Source: Alphaproteobacteria bacterium | GTDB lineage: Bacteria; Pseudomonadota; Alphaproteobacteria; MPNO01; UBA830 | Assembly: GCA_964291215.2 (NCBI GenBank) | Contig: OZ219791.1 | Span: 1,664,001 to 1,728,000, forward strand | Direction of reading: 5' to 3' | Length of the DNA: 64,000 bases | Part shown: positions 49,596-64,000 of the stretch, piece after piece | Layout: each line of letters starts with the position of its first letter | Position numbering within the stretch: position 1 is the stretch's first letter | The notes under the pieces: model-generated | Database searches by the model: none | The model's input: only the letters and a program-made list of their open reading frames with translations | Told to the model about the DNA's origin: nothing | Program-made: the position numbers and the translations under genes

Positions 49596-51080
49596 ATGGA
49601 CGCCTATCGTGAACTCGAGGCCCGCCACCGGCAGATCGGCGCGCTCCGCGAGGCCGCCGGCATGCTCCACTGGGACATGGCCGTCATGATGCCTCCAGGC
49701 GGCGCGGACGGGCGTGCCGAGCAGCTTGCGGCGTTGAAGCAGATCACCCACCGGATGGAGAGCGATCCGGCGCTCGGCGAACTTCTCGACCGGGCGGACG
49801 GCGCCGGTGTCGCTGATTCGTGGCAGCGCGCCAATCTCGGCGAGATGCGCCGGCGCTGGATTCACGCCGTCGCCGTCGACCCCGATCTCGTCGAGGCGGC
49901 CACCCGGGTGCGCCTCGCCTGCGAGATGGCATGGCGCCGCGCGCGTCCGGCGAACGATTTCGCGGCGGTCCGGCCGCACTTGGAAGATGTGCTCGATCTC
50001 ACCCGGAAGCAGGCGGAGGCGAGGGCGCTGGCGCTCGGATGTTCGCCCTACGAGGCCCTGCTCGACGCGTACGAGCCGGGGGCGCGGACAGACATGATCG
50101 ACCGCCTGTTTGCCGATCTCGCCGCGTTCCTGCCCGATTTCCTGGATCGCGCGCTGTCGGTGCAGGAGGATCGCAGTCCGCTGCCGCTGCCGTGCGCGGC
50201 ATTTGCCGTCGAGCGGCAGCAGGCGCTGGCCCGCCGGCTCATGGAGGCCCTCGGATTCGATTTCGACCGCGGCCGTCTCGACGTCAGCCTTCATCCGTTC
50301 TGCGGCGGCGCCTCCGGCGACATGCGCGTTACCACCCGCTATGCCGACGACGATTTCTCGCAGTCCCTCATGGGAGTTGTCCACGAGACCGGGCACGCGC
50401 TCTACGAGATGGGCTTGCCACGGGACTGGCGTTATCAGCCGGTGGGCGAGGCGCGCGGAATGACGCTGCATGAAAGCCAGTCGCTGCTTGTCGAGATGCA
50501 GGTCGGCCGCAGCCGGGAGTTCTTCGAGTTCGCGGCGCCGCTGATCGCCGCCGCCTTCGACGGCGACGGCCCGGCCTGGGAGGCGGGCAATCTCCATCTC
50601 CTGCATACCCGCGTCGCGCCGGGCCTGATCCGCGTCGATGCCGACGAAGTGACGTACCCGGCCCACGTCATCCTCCGCTACCGGATCGAGCGCGCCCTGA
50701 TCGAGGACAGCATGTCGGTGGCCGATGTTCCCGAAGCGTGGAGCGACGGGCTGTTCGAACTTCTCGGCGTCCGGCCCCCCGACGACCGGCTCGGCTGCCT
50801 CCAGGACATCCACTGGTACGACGGGGCGTGGGGGTATTTTCCGACATACACCCTCGGCGCGCTTGCCGCCGCGCAGCTCTTCGCTGCGGCCAAAGCGGAA
50901 ATCCCGGATCTCATGGCCGCAATATCGAAGGGGGAGTTTGCGGGGCTGCTGGGGTGGCTCGGTGAGCATGTGCACGGGCGCGCGTCGTCCGCAACGACGG
51001 ACGAGCTGGTGGCCGCCGCGACCGGGGCGCCGCTCGGGACCGGGGCGTTCGAGGCCCACCTCGAGGCGCGGTACGGTTGA
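49596..51080 (+). CDS. Carboxypeptidase M32
   Basis: HPF, HETGHALYE, HESQ, IRVDADE, GYFPTY. Confidence 0.95.
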   Translation: MDAYRELEARHRQIGALREAAGMLHWDMAVMMPPGGADGRAEQLAALKQITHRMESDPALGELLDRADGAGVADSWQRANLGEMRRRWIHAVAVDPDLVEAATRVRLACEMAWRRARPANDFAAVRPHLEDVLDLTRKQAEARALALGCSPYEALLDAYEPGARTDMIDRLFADLAAFLPDFLDRALSVQEDRSPLPLPCAAFAVERQQALARRLMEALGFDFDRGRLDVSLHPFCGGASGDMRVTTRYADDDFSQSLMGVVHETGHALYEMGLPRDWRYQPVGEARGMTLHESQSLLVEMQVGRSREFFEFAAPLIAAAFDGDGPAWEAGNLHLLHTRVAPGLIRVDADEVTYPAHVILRYRIERALIEDSMSVADVPEAWSDGLFELLGVRPPDDRLGCLQDIHWYDGAWGYFPTYTLGALAAAQLFAAAKAEIPDLMAAISKGEFAGLLGWLGEHVHGRASSATTDELVAAATGAPLGTGAFEAHLEARYG

Positions 51081-51151
51081 CGTGCCGGGTTGTGAGGCCG
51101 TTGCCGCTCGGATAGAAGAATGAGGCCCGCCCGCCGCAACAGGAGGTCATC

Positions 51152-51547
51152 ATGGAGAATCGCGCCTTTTATCCTGAAATCATGCAACCGCCCCTCGGTC
51201 TCTACGCGCACGGCGTCGAGATTCCGGAGAACGCCAAGCTGACATTCGTCGCTGGCCAGGTCGGCATCGATTTCGAAGGCAACCTGCCCGACGACTTCGA
51301 GAGCCAGGCACGCAATGCGTGGGCGAACTGCATGGCCGTGCTCGAGCACAACCGCCTCAGGATCAGCGACGTCGTCAAGATCACCCACTTCCTCACCGAC
51401 CCCGCCAACATCCCCGCCTATTCGGCGTTGCGCGCCGAATATCTCGGTGAGAACCGTCCGACATCGACGCTTCTTGTGGTTGCGGGTCTGGCCGATCCGA
51501 AGTTCCTCGTCGAGGTCGAGATGATCGCCGCGGCGACGCGACGCTAG
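51152..51547 (+). CDS. RidA/YjgF family protein
   Basis: YAHGV, FVAGQV, PTSTL..V..LA.P..LVEVE. Confidence 0.9.
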   Translation: MENRAFYPEIMQPPLGLYAHGVEIPENAKLTFVAGQVGIDFEGNLPDDFESQARNAWANCMAVLEHNRLRISDVVKITHFLTDPANIPAYSALRAEYLGENRPTSTLLVVAGLADPKFLVEVEMIAAATRR

Positions 51548-51607
51548 CGGTTGCTTTCGACGCTGCGGTCCCGGGGACCGAGCCGCAGCAGATCGCCAGA
51601 CAGCCCG

Positions 51608-52387
51608 ATGTCCGCTACCTGCCCTTCCGGGTTCGCTGCGATCGCCCACGCGTTGGCCGATGCGAGCGGTTGCGTCATCCGCCGGTATTTCCGTGCGCCG
51701 ATAGGGGTGGACGACAAGGAGGATGCGTCGCCCGTGACGGTCGCCGACAGGGAAGCCGAACAGGCCATCCGCGAGCTTCTTGCGCTGAAGCGTCCCGGGG
51801 ACGGCGTCGTCGGGGAGGAGTTCGGCGGCGAACGCACGGACGCCGAGTTCGTCTGGGTCATCGATCCCATCGATGGCACGAAGTCGTTCCTTGCCGGACG
51901 TCCGCTCTTCGGAACCCTGATCGCCGCCATGCGGGGAGGCGTTCCAATTCTCGGCGTGATCGACCAGCCGGTTTCCGGCGAACGGTGGATCGCATGCCGC
52001 GGCGCCGGCGCCGCGTTCAACGGCGAGCCGGCGAGGGTCCGCAGTTGTCCGAGGCTTGCCGAAGCCGTGGTTGCCACGACATCGCCGCGCCTGTTCACGC
52101 CCGACGGGGTGTTGCGATTCGAGCAGGTCGAGAACGCGGCCAGGTACGCCGTGTTCGGCGGCGACTGCTACAATTATGGCCTTCTCGCGATGGGACGGGT
52201 TGATGTCGTCATCGAGTCCGGCCTGAAACTCCATGATTTCTGCGCGCTCGCGCCGATCGTCGAGGAGGCGGGCGGAACAATCACCGACTGGTCCGGCAGG
52301 CCGCTCGACGCGGACTCCTCCGGCGATGTCGCTGCTGCCGGCGACGCCTGCCTGCACCGGGAGGTCCTGGCAGCGCTCGCGGATTGA
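51608..52387 (+). CDS. hisN: Histidinol-phosphatase, inositol monophosphatase family
   Basis: SPVTVAD, GEEFG, DPIDGTKSF, GGDCYNY. Confidence 0.85.
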   Translation: MSATCPSGFAAIAHALADASGCVIRRYFRAPIGVDDKEDASPVTVADREAEQAIRELLALKRPGDGVVGEEFGGERTDAEFVWVIDPIDGTKSFLAGRPLFGTLIAAMRGGVPILGVIDQPVSGERWIACRGAGAAFNGEPARVRSCPRLAEAVVATTSPRLFTPDGVLRFEQVENAARYAVFGGDCYNYGLLAMGRVDVVIESGLKLHDFCALAPIVEEAGGTITDWSGRPLDADSSGDVAAAGDACLHREVLAALAD

Positions 52388-52417
52388 GCGGCCGGGCCGC
52401 GGCAGGGAGACGGAAGG

Positions 52418-52774
52418 ATGGAGGTCAACATTTCCGAGATCGTGGCCGAGGTTGCGGAAGCCTTCATGGCCTACGAAAAGGCGCTCCTTGCCGACGATGT
52501 CGACGGGATCGACGAGCTCTTCTGGAATGATGCCCGGACGCTGCGCTACGGCCCCAACGGCACGCTCGTCGGCTATGCGGCGTTGTCCGCCTTCCGCCGC
52601 GGCATCGGCCCGTGGACGCGGACGCTGAGAGACATCAGAATCGTCACCTTCGGCCGCGACTTCGCTGTTGCCAACACCGAATCGACACGGCCCGGCACTG
52701 CCGCCGTCAGCCGCCAGAGCTGGACCCCGGACGGATGGCGGATCGTGGCGGCCCATGTCTCGGACCAGCCCTGA
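52418..52774 (+). CDS. HpxZ/AtzH-like (DUF3225) protein with short internal deletions
   Basis: YEKAL..DV...ELFW..TLRYG, TFGRDFAVAN, GWRIVAAHVS. Confidence 0.8.
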   Translation: MEVNISEIVAEVAEAFMAYEKALLADDVDGIDELFWNDARTLRYGPNGTLVGYAALSAFRRGIGPWTRTLRDIRIVTFGRDFAVANTESTRPGTAAVSRQSWTPDGWRIVAAHVSDQP

Positions 52775-52909
52775 GATCGGTTCCCGGCGCGCTGCGGGGA
52801 CGCTTCCGGGCGGCGGCGTTCCCGGGCTGCAATCGGGTTATGAAGACGGCCGCCGCGCCGGTATATTCGCTGCCGTCGGACCAACGTTTCGCAACAGGGA
52901 GAGACAGGC

Positions 52910-54727
52910 ATGAAGCTGTCCGCCACGGCCGCCGCGGTTCTTGTCGTACTGTCGGCGCTCGTGCCATCCGGAGTGCTGGCGGCAGATGACGGCACCACGG
53001 TCGCCCATGGCCTCACGCTGGTCGGCAAGCTCAAGTATCCGCCGGATTTCAGGCATCTCGACTACGTCAACCCCGACGCGCCCAGGGGCGGTGTGCTGCG
53101 CCAGCACGCCATCGGAACCTTCGACTCCTTCAACCCGTTCAGCATCAGGGGCACGCCGGCGGCCGGGCTCGGTTTCGTCTACGAGACCCTTCTTGCGTCG
53201 GCACCCGACGAAATTTCTGCAGAATACGGCGCGATTGCCGAGAGCGTCGAGGTCCCGGACGACCTTTCCTGGGTCGTCTACACCCTGCGGGCGGAAGCCC
53301 GTTTTCATGACGGCTCGCCGATAACGGTTGATGACGTGATCTGGTCGTTGAACGCGCTCAAGGAGAAGGGCAGGCCGCATTTCCGTTTCTATTACAAGAA
53401 CATCACTCGGGCGGTGAAGGTCGGCGAGCGCAAGGTGAAGTTCGAGCTGAGCGGTCCGCCCAATCGCGAGCTCCCCCAGATCACCGGCCAGCTGCCGGTA
53501 CTGTCCCGGAAATGGTGGGCCGAACGTCCCTTCGACCGGACCACGCTGGATCCTCTGCTCGGCAGCGGGCCTTACAGGATCGCGGCCTTCGAGACGGGCC
53601 GCTTCGTCGAACTCGAACGGGTGCCGGACTGGTGGGGCGCCGCCCTTCCGATCAATAGCGGCCGCTACAATTTCGACCGCATCCGCATCGACTATTACCG
53701 CGACCAGACCGTGGCGCAGGAAGCGTTCAAGGCCGACAGGTATGACTACCGCATCGAGACCAACTCGCTGATCTGGGCTACGGCCTACGATTTTCCGGCG
53801 CGCCGCGACGGCAGGGTCAAGCTTGAACAGGTGCCGCACCGCCGGCCGACGGGCATGCAGGCGTTCGTCTTCAACCTGCGCCGTCCGCAGTTCACCGACC
53901 CTGTCCTGCGCGAGGCTATGGCCTTTGCGTTCGATTTCGAGTGGTCGAACAGGAATCTCTTCTACGGGCAGTATGCCCGGACGAAGAGCTTCTTCTCGAA
54001 TTCGGAACTGGCGGCGCGGATGCCGCCGTCGCCGGAGGAGCTTGCGCTGCTCGAGCCCTGGCGAGGCCGAATACCGGACAGAGTCTTCTCGAAGGTTTAC
54101 GAACCGCCTTCCACGGATGGTTCGGCAAATGTCCGCAAGAATCTGGGCAGGGCGCTCACGCTGCTCAAGGGGAACGGCTACCGGATCAGCGAGAACCGCC
54201 TCATCTCTCCGGTGACGTCGAAACCTGTGTCGTTCGAAATTCTGCTCGTCTCGCCTGCCTTCGAGCGGATCGTCACGCCGTTTGCTCGCAACCTCAAGCG
54301 TCTCGGCATCGACGCCTCGATACGCACGGTAGACCAGTCGCAATACATCAACCGCCTCAACGCGTTCGACTTTGATATGATCGTCGGCGGCGCGGGCCAG
54401 TCCGAATCTCCGGGCAACGAGCAACGCGACTACTGGAGTTCGGCCGCCGCTGGCCGTCAGGGCAGCCGGAACCATGGCGGCATCAGCAATCCCGCGGTGG
54501 ACGATCTGATCGAGAAGATAATCGCGGCGCCAACCCGGGCCGGCGTCGTCACGGCGACTCGCGCCCTCGACCGGGTTCTGCTGTGGAACCACTACGTGAT
54601 TCCGCAGTGGCATATCCGCATGACCCGCCTCGCCTACTGGGATCGGTTCGGAATACCTGGGCATCCCGCATACGGGCCGGACATCACGAGCTGGTGGCAC
54701 GAGGGCGGGAAGGCGGCCCGCAAGTAA
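52910..54727 (+). CDS. yejA: YejA-like peptide ABC transporter substrate-binding protein
   Basis: Signal peptide, KYPPDF.H.DYVNPDAP.GG, PLLGSGPY, SPGNEQR..W, RALDRVL; no permease genes adjacent. Confidence 0.85.
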   Translation: MKLSATAAAVLVVLSALVPSGVLAADDGTTVAHGLTLVGKLKYPPDFRHLDYVNPDAPRGGVLRQHAIGTFDSFNPFSIRGTPAAGLGFVYETLLASAPDEISAEYGAIAESVEVPDDLSWVVYTLRAEARFHDGSPITVDDVIWSLNALKEKGRPHFRFYYKNITRAVKVGERKVKFELSGPPNRELPQITGQLPVLSRKWWAERPFDRTTLDPLLGSGPYRIAAFETGRFVELERVPDWWGAALPINSGRYNFDRIRIDYYRDQTVAQEAFKADRYDYRIETNSLIWATAYDFPARRDGRVKLEQVPHRRPTGMQAFVFNLRRPQFTDPVLREAMAFAFDFEWSNRNLFYGQYARTKSFFSNSELAARMPPSPEELALLEPWRGRIPDRVFSKVYEPPSTDGSANVRKNLGRALTLLKGNGYRISENRLISPVTSKPVSFEILLVSPAFERIVTPFARNLKRLGIDASIRTVDQSQYINRLNAFDFDMIVGGAGQSESPGNEQRDYWSSAAAGRQGSRNHGGISNPAVDDLIEKIIAAPTRAGVVTATRALDRVLLWNHYVIPQWHIRMTRLAYWDRFGIPGHPAYGPDITSWWHEGGKAARK

Positions 54728-54821
54728 GCACTTCGAGCCGTGGCGGCGCGATTCGCGCAGGTTGACGCCGAATACCCGACCGACTAATAGCGCTGGCGAA
54801 ACCTTGGGAGATTGTTGACCG

Positions 54822-55751
54822 ATGAGCATCGTGACCATATTCGGTGCCTCGGGCTTTATCGGCCGCTACGTCGTCGCCGAGTTTGCCCGCACAGGCGCGC
54901 GGGTCCGTGCCGCCGTGCGCCGGCCGGAACGCGCCGGCTTCCTGAGACCGCTGGGCGATGTCGGTCAGGTCACCCCCGTGCAGGCCAACATCCGCGATGA
55001 CGCCTCGGTCGCGGCCGCGGTGCAGGGCGCCGGCACCGTCGTCAATCTTGTCGGCCTGCTCGCCGAGCGCGGCAGGCAGAACTTCGCCGCCGTCCATGTC
55101 GAGGGTGCGCGGCGGGTTGCCGCGGCGAGCCGCGACGCCGGGGCTGCATCGCTGGTGCACGTCTCGGCGATCGGCGCCGATCCTGCTGCTGCTGCCGTCT
55201 ACGCCGCAACGAAGGGACGCGCCGAGACGCTTGTCCGCGAGGCCTTCCCCGCAGCGTCCGTTGTGCGTCCCAGCATCGTCTTCGGCCCCGAGGACGATTT
55301 CTTCAACAAGTTTGCGGTGATGGCGCGGCTGGCTCCGGCGTTGCTGCTGATTGGCAGTGGCCGCACCAGGTTCCAGCCGATCTATGTCGCCGATGTCGCG
55401 CGCGCGATTGTGGCAATCACCGGAGACCGCGGGCGCGAGGGGCAGACATGGGAGCTTGGCGGGCCCCAGATTTTCGAGTTCCGGGAATTGATGGAAATGT
55501 TGCTGGCGGAAATTGACCGGCGGCGGCTCTTGGTTCCGGTTCCCTTCCCGCTGGCGGCCTGCATCGGGCTGGTGCTCGAACAGCTTCCCCGCCCCCCCCT
55601 TACCCGCGACCAGGTGCGGCTGTTGCGTTGCGACAGTGTCATTACGGGGGAGCATCCGGGGCTCGACGATCTCGGAATCGAACCGACCGCGGTTGGCGCG
55701 ATCCTGCAGACGTATCTCAGGCGCTACCGGCGCGGCGTCTGGCACCGCTGA
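54822..55751 (+). CDS. Complex I NDUFA9-like NAD(P)-binding protein
   Basis: FGASGFIGRY, LRPLGDVGQV, RPSIVFGPED.FFN, FQPIYV. Confidence 0.92.
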   Translation: MSIVTIFGASGFIGRYVVAEFARTGARVRAAVRRPERAGFLRPLGDVGQVTPVQANIRDDASVAAAVQGAGTVVNLVGLLAERGRQNFAAVHVEGARRVAAASRDAGAASLVHVSAIGADPAAAAVYAATKGRAETLVREAFPAASVVRPSIVFGPEDDFFNKFAVMARLAPALLLIGSGRTRFQPIYVADVARAIVAITGDRGREGQTWELGGPQIFEFRELMEMLLAEIDRRRLLVPVPFPLAACIGLVLEQLPRPPLTRDQVRLLRCDSVITGEHPGLDDLGIEPTAVGAILQTYLRRYRRGVWHR

Positions 55752-55758
55752 TCGCGAA

Positions 55759-56547
55759 TCACAAATAGACCCAGGCGAGAACGGTGCCTCCGAGCGCCAG
55801 CCGGTAGACGACGAACGGCGTGAAGCTTGAGCGGCGAATCCAGTTCATCATGAGCCGGATCGCAACGATCGCGGTACAGAAGGCGATGACTGCGGCGACG
55901 AGGGCTTCCTCGACGAGTTGAAACGTTCCCAGGTTCCACAACTTCCAGGCGCCGGCGGCGCCGGCGGCGACTATTGCGGGAATCGCGAGTAACATGGAGA
56001 ACCGAGCGGCGTCGGTCCGTTCGAAGCCGAGAAGGCGTCCTGCCGTGATCGTCACGCCGGCGCGGCTGGAACCGGGTACGAGAGCAAGGACCTGAGCGAG
56101 GCCGATCAGCAACGCGCTGCTCCAGGTCATGTCGGCGAGCTGGCGGCTCGTGCCGGCGAAACGGTCGGCAAGATAGAGCAGTATCCCGAATGCGAGCGTC
56201 GTCCAGCCCACCACCTCGGCGCTGCGAAGGAGCGAACCTGCGTAAAGGAATACCAGTCCGCCGACGACCAGGACGGGAATGGTGGCAAGCACGGTCTGGC
56301 CGAGAAGCCGCCGGTCGCTGCCGAATCCGCTGTCCGGCGACAACTGCAGCATGCGCTGGAGATGCGGCCACAGATACACGATCACCGCCAGCAGCGTTCC
56401 GACATGCACGGCGACATCGATCAGCAGGCCCTGGTCAGACCAGCCGGCCAGGGTCGGAACCAGAACGAGATGGCCGGAGGAGCTGACCGGCAGGAATTCG
56501 GTTACGCCCTGGATCGCGGCGAGAATGGCAAGCTGGAGCAGTGTCAA
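55759..56547 (-). CDS. uppP: Undecaprenyl-diphosphate phosphatase
   Basis: QGVTEFLPVSSSGHL, PGSSRAG.T, FVVYR. Confidence 0.95.
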   Translation of the reverse strand: MTLLQLAILAAIQGVTEFLPVSSSGHLVLVPTLAGWSDQGLLIDVAVHVGTLLAVIVYLWPHLQRMLQLSPDSGFGSDRRLLGQTVLATIPVLVVGGLVFLYAGSLLRSAEVVGWTTLAFGILLYLADRFAGTSRQLADMTWSSALLIGLAQVLALVPGSSRAGVTITAGRLLGFERTDAARFSMLLAIPAIVAAGAAGAWKLWNLGTFQLVEEALVAAVIAFCTAIVAIRLMMNWIRRSSFTPFVVYRLALGGTVLAWVYL

Positions 56548-56616
56548 GTGAATCGTCCGGCATCGGCGGGGGTGGCGGACTATAGCCGCATGGCGGATCG
56601 CCTGCCACCGCGCGGG

Positions 56617-57797
56617 CTAGAATACGTTGGCTTCGAGAACCGGGGTGTTGGCTGCGATCCGTTCGAAACCGAATCGCGTCAGATCGATCGCGCGGTATTC
56701 GCCGAACGAGATCAGTTCCGAGATCGCACGGCCGGCCGCTGCCGCCTGCTGGACGCCATGGCCGCTGAAACCGTTGCAGAACAGGAGTCCGGCGATTTCC
56801 GGATGGGGGCCGAGGATGGCGTTGCGGTCGAAGACGTCGAAGTCGTAATGACCGGCCCAGAACGCGGTTACCTTCACGCTCCCGAATGCCGGCACGCGGT
56901 GCGCCAGGGCGGGCCGGATGATATCGTCCCACGGCGCATGGTCGACCTCGAAGTCGAGCGGATCGCTGTCGGGATCCTCCTCTTCCGGCGGTGAGAGGTG
57001 CCGAGATACTGGCCGCTCTCGGGCTGGAAGGTTGCGCCGCCCGGGTCGATCGTCAGCGGCGCATGCTGCAGGTCGCTGCGGCAGTCGAACACGTAGACGT
57101 AGCGCTTCCTGGGCCGGACCGGCAGGAACACATCGGCGGTTCGCGCCATGGCTCCGGCGCTGGCCCCCGCGGCAAGCACGGTCACGCCCGCTGCAATAGT
57201 CCCGTGTTCCGCCGTCCGGAAGCCGTGAACGGTGTTGGCCGTGCGGTCCAGTTGCATGATCTCGTCCTTGAGGAAGTTTACGCCGAGCGATCGTGCCTTG
57301 CGCCGAAATCCGGAAAGCAGCGTGTTGGGATCGAGCCAGCCCTCGTTGGCATAGCCGAAGACTGCGCCGCCGATGTCCTCCCGGTTGAGCCACGGGAAGC
57401 GTTCGGCCAGCGCATCGCCCTCGAAGAACTCGACCGCGGCGCCGAAACGGCGCTGCAGATTCAGGTTCTGCCGCAATGTCCCTGTTCCCTGCTCGCTGGC
57501 CATCATCAGATAACCCTGTTCGCGAAAGGTTACATCGCATCGCTCGCCGTCGACGCTCAGCAGTTCGCCGGCGGCGCGGGCGAATTCTGCGCCGAACACC
57601 GACATGCGTATGTTCTCGGGCATGGTGAACTGCTGGCGTATGCCGCCCAGAGAGCGGGTTGCCGAACAGGTCTCGTAGGTCGGGTCGCGCTCGACGACGA
57701 CTACCGAACCGCTGAAGTCGGGCGATGCCGCAAGGAAATAGGCTGTCGCGCAGCCCATGATCCCGCCACCCGCTATTGCTACGTCGCAATGCCGCAT
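56617..57797 (-). pseudogene. FAD-dependent oxidoreductase (DAO/FOXRED1-like) with one frameshift near 56995
   Basis: GGGIMG, ERDPTY, GGIRQQF...EN in one frame; WAGHYD, GFSGHGVQQ in another; the indel may be real or a sequencing error. Confidence 0.75.
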
Positions 57798-58109
57798 CTT
57801 CATCCGCAAGACAGTTGTCAGGCCGCCGCCGGAGCGTTGCCGAGTATATTCACCCGGCCGTGTCTCGTGCAATCGGTCAGCGCTGCGGGCGGGGCCGGAA
57901 GGGACAGCCGCGCGGCGCCGGATCCGCGGAATCTCTGCCTTGACATTGCCGCGAGACATCCGATCCCGCGGTCGCGGACATCGGAAATCGTCAGCGTTTC
58001 GGCTTTTCGCGATTAGTACCATTTTATGACAAAAAATCGAGCATTAAATCAGTCTTCTAGTTCGTGTGTGGAAAAATTACCTGTTCCTGCGCAAAGAAGG
58101 ATGCTGATG

Positions 58110-58138
58110 TTGACATTTTCAGGGTTTTCTGCTCAAAT
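58110..58138 (+). promoter_or_regulatory. Possible sigma70 promoter of gltDB
   Basis: TTGACA at 58110 in an AT-rich intergenic region; -10 box is weak. Confidence 0.3.
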
Positions 58139-58225
58139 ACGCCTCGTGCATGTGGCTGGATGCGCGATTGATACGGGCGTCACGCCGACACGCGTGACGT
58201 TTCCGGGGTGCCGACGGGGGAATCG

Positions 58226-59665
58226 ATGCCCGAGCAGATGCTGAAGTTCGTTGACCGTGATCGCCGGACGCCGGAGAAGCGTCCGGCGGACATGCGTCGT
58301 GCGGACTTCGACGAGATCTACCGGCAGTTCGATCCGACTGCGGCGGCCGAACAGGCCGGCCGTTGCTCGCAATGCGGTGTGCCGTTCTGCCAAGTCCACT
58401 GTCCGGTGCACAACAACATTCCGGACTGGCTCATGCTGACCGCCGAGGGGCGGCTTGAGGAAGCCTACGAGGTTTCCTCGGCCACAAACAACATGCCAGA
58501 GATCTGTGGCCGGATCTGTCCCCAGGACCGGTTGTGCGAGGGCAACTGCGTCATCGAGCGGGCCGGGCATGGCACCGTTACCATCGGTTCGGTCGAGAAG
58601 TACATCACGGACACGGCCTTCGAGCGCGGCTGGGTACGGCCGGTGTCGCCGCTCAACGAACGCGGGGAGAGCGTCGGCGTCATCGGCGGCGGTCCGGCCG
58701 GTCTTGCCGCGGCGGAGGAGTTGCGCCGCCACGGCTACCAGGTGCATGTCTATGACCGCCACGACCGGATCGGCGGTCTGCTGGTTTACGGGATACCGAA
58801 TTTCAAGCTGGAGAAGCATGTCGTCGGGCGGCGCGTCGACCTCTTGAAGCGGGGCGGCGTCGTCTTCCACCCCGGGTTCGAGGTCGGGCGGGACATGTCG
58901 TTCGCCGAATTGCGCGAGCGCCACGATGCGGTCCTGATCGCAACCGGTGTCTACAAGGCCCGCGATATCAAGGCGCCAGGTTCGGGTCTCGCCAATATCG
59001 TGCCAGCGCTGGACTTTCTCATCGCGTCCAACCGCAAGGGCCTTGGAGACAGCGTGCCGGCCTTCGATGACGGCACGCTCAACGCCGAGGGCAGGAGGAT
59101 CGCCGTCATCGGCGGCGGCGATACGGCGATGGACTGCGTGCGCACGGCGGTGCGCCAGGGAGCGCTGTCGGTGAAGTGCCTCTATCGCCGCGACCGCGCC
59201 AACATGCCGGGCTCGCGCCGCGAAGTTCAGTATGCCGAGGAAGAGGGTGTCGAATTCGCTTGGCTGGCGGCTCCCGAGGCGTTTCTGGGAGACCACCGGG
59301 TGCGCGCTGTCCGCGCACAGCGGATCCATCTCGGCGTGCCCGATTCCTCGGGCCGCCAGACGCCGGAGCCGATTCCGGGTTCGAGCTTCGACGAGAATGC
59401 CGATCTCGTCATCAAGGCTCTCGGCTTCGATCCCGAGGAGCTGCCGCTGCTGTTCGACACGCCCGAGCTGGGCGTCACCGGCTGGGGCACGGTTGCCGTT
59501 GACCACAGGACGATGGCGACGAGCTTCGATGGAGTGTTTGCTGCCGGCGATATCGTGCGCGGCGCATCGCTGGTGGTCTGGGCAATCCGGGACGGGCGCG
59601 AGGCGGCCGCGTCGATTCACACCTATCTCGAGGCGAAGGCGGCGGCGACGGCCGAAGCGGCCTGA
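58226..59665 (+). CDS. gltD: Glutamate synthase small subunit
   Basis: RCSQCGVPFC, CGRICPQDRLCEG, GGGDTAMDC, GASLVVWAI. Confidence 0.96.
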   Translation: MPEQMLKFVDRDRRTPEKRPADMRRADFDEIYRQFDPTAAAEQAGRCSQCGVPFCQVHCPVHNNIPDWLMLTAEGRLEEAYEVSSATNNMPEICGRICPQDRLCEGNCVIERAGHGTVTIGSVEKYITDTAFERGWVRPVSPLNERGESVGVIGGGPAGLAAAEELRRHGYQVHVYDRHDRIGGLLVYGIPNFKLEKHVVGRRVDLLKRGGVVFHPGFEVGRDMSFAELRERHDAVLIATGVYKARDIKAPGSGLANIVPALDFLIASNRKGLGDSVPAFDDGTLNAEGRRIAVIGGGDTAMDCVRTAVRQGALSVKCLYRRDRANMPGSRREVQYAEEEGVEFAWLAAPEAFLGDHRVRAVRAQRIHLGVPDSSGRQTPEPIPGSSFDENADLVIKALGFDPEELPLLFDTPELGVTGWGTVAVDHRTMATSFDGVFAAGDIVRGASLVVWAIRDGREAAASIHTYLEAKAAATAEAA

Positions 59666-59675
59666 GGGGCGAGAG

Positions 59676-64000
<4,325 letters not shown>

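Overview
High-GC, alphaproteobacterial-looking chromosome segment (taxonomy inferred from glnD-murJ, DUF983-SURF1-M32 peptidase, NDUFA9-uppP-gltD-gltB, COX15 and NFU1-like genes). Intact housekeeping and catabolic genes alternate with four pockets of decayed mobile DNA (about 1-5.2 kb, 10.0-11.3 kb, 20.5-24.3 kb, 34.85-38.0 kb). These pockets hold IS256, IS66, IS630, IS4, IS3, IS110 and an unclassified IS, broken toxin-antitoxin pairs, two broken DNA adenine methyltransferases and conjugation relics. The catabolic genes often come as paralogue pairs (cyclases, FAD monooxygenases, CMD proteins, luciferase-like monooxygenases), and there is a Mo-hydroxylase/decarboxylase/HDO block. Two non-coding features stand out. 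(1) tRNA-Leu(UAA) at 17943-18259 is split by a 230-nt Azoarcus-like group I intron. (2) An internally deleted IS110 element at about 34987-35771 sits just inside an IS66-type terminal repeat; its structured 5' non-coding region contains exact copies of its own target flank (9 nt) and its own end (8 nt), making it a candidate bridge RNA programmed against IS66 ends. All calls come from reading motifs by eye; no database searches were run.
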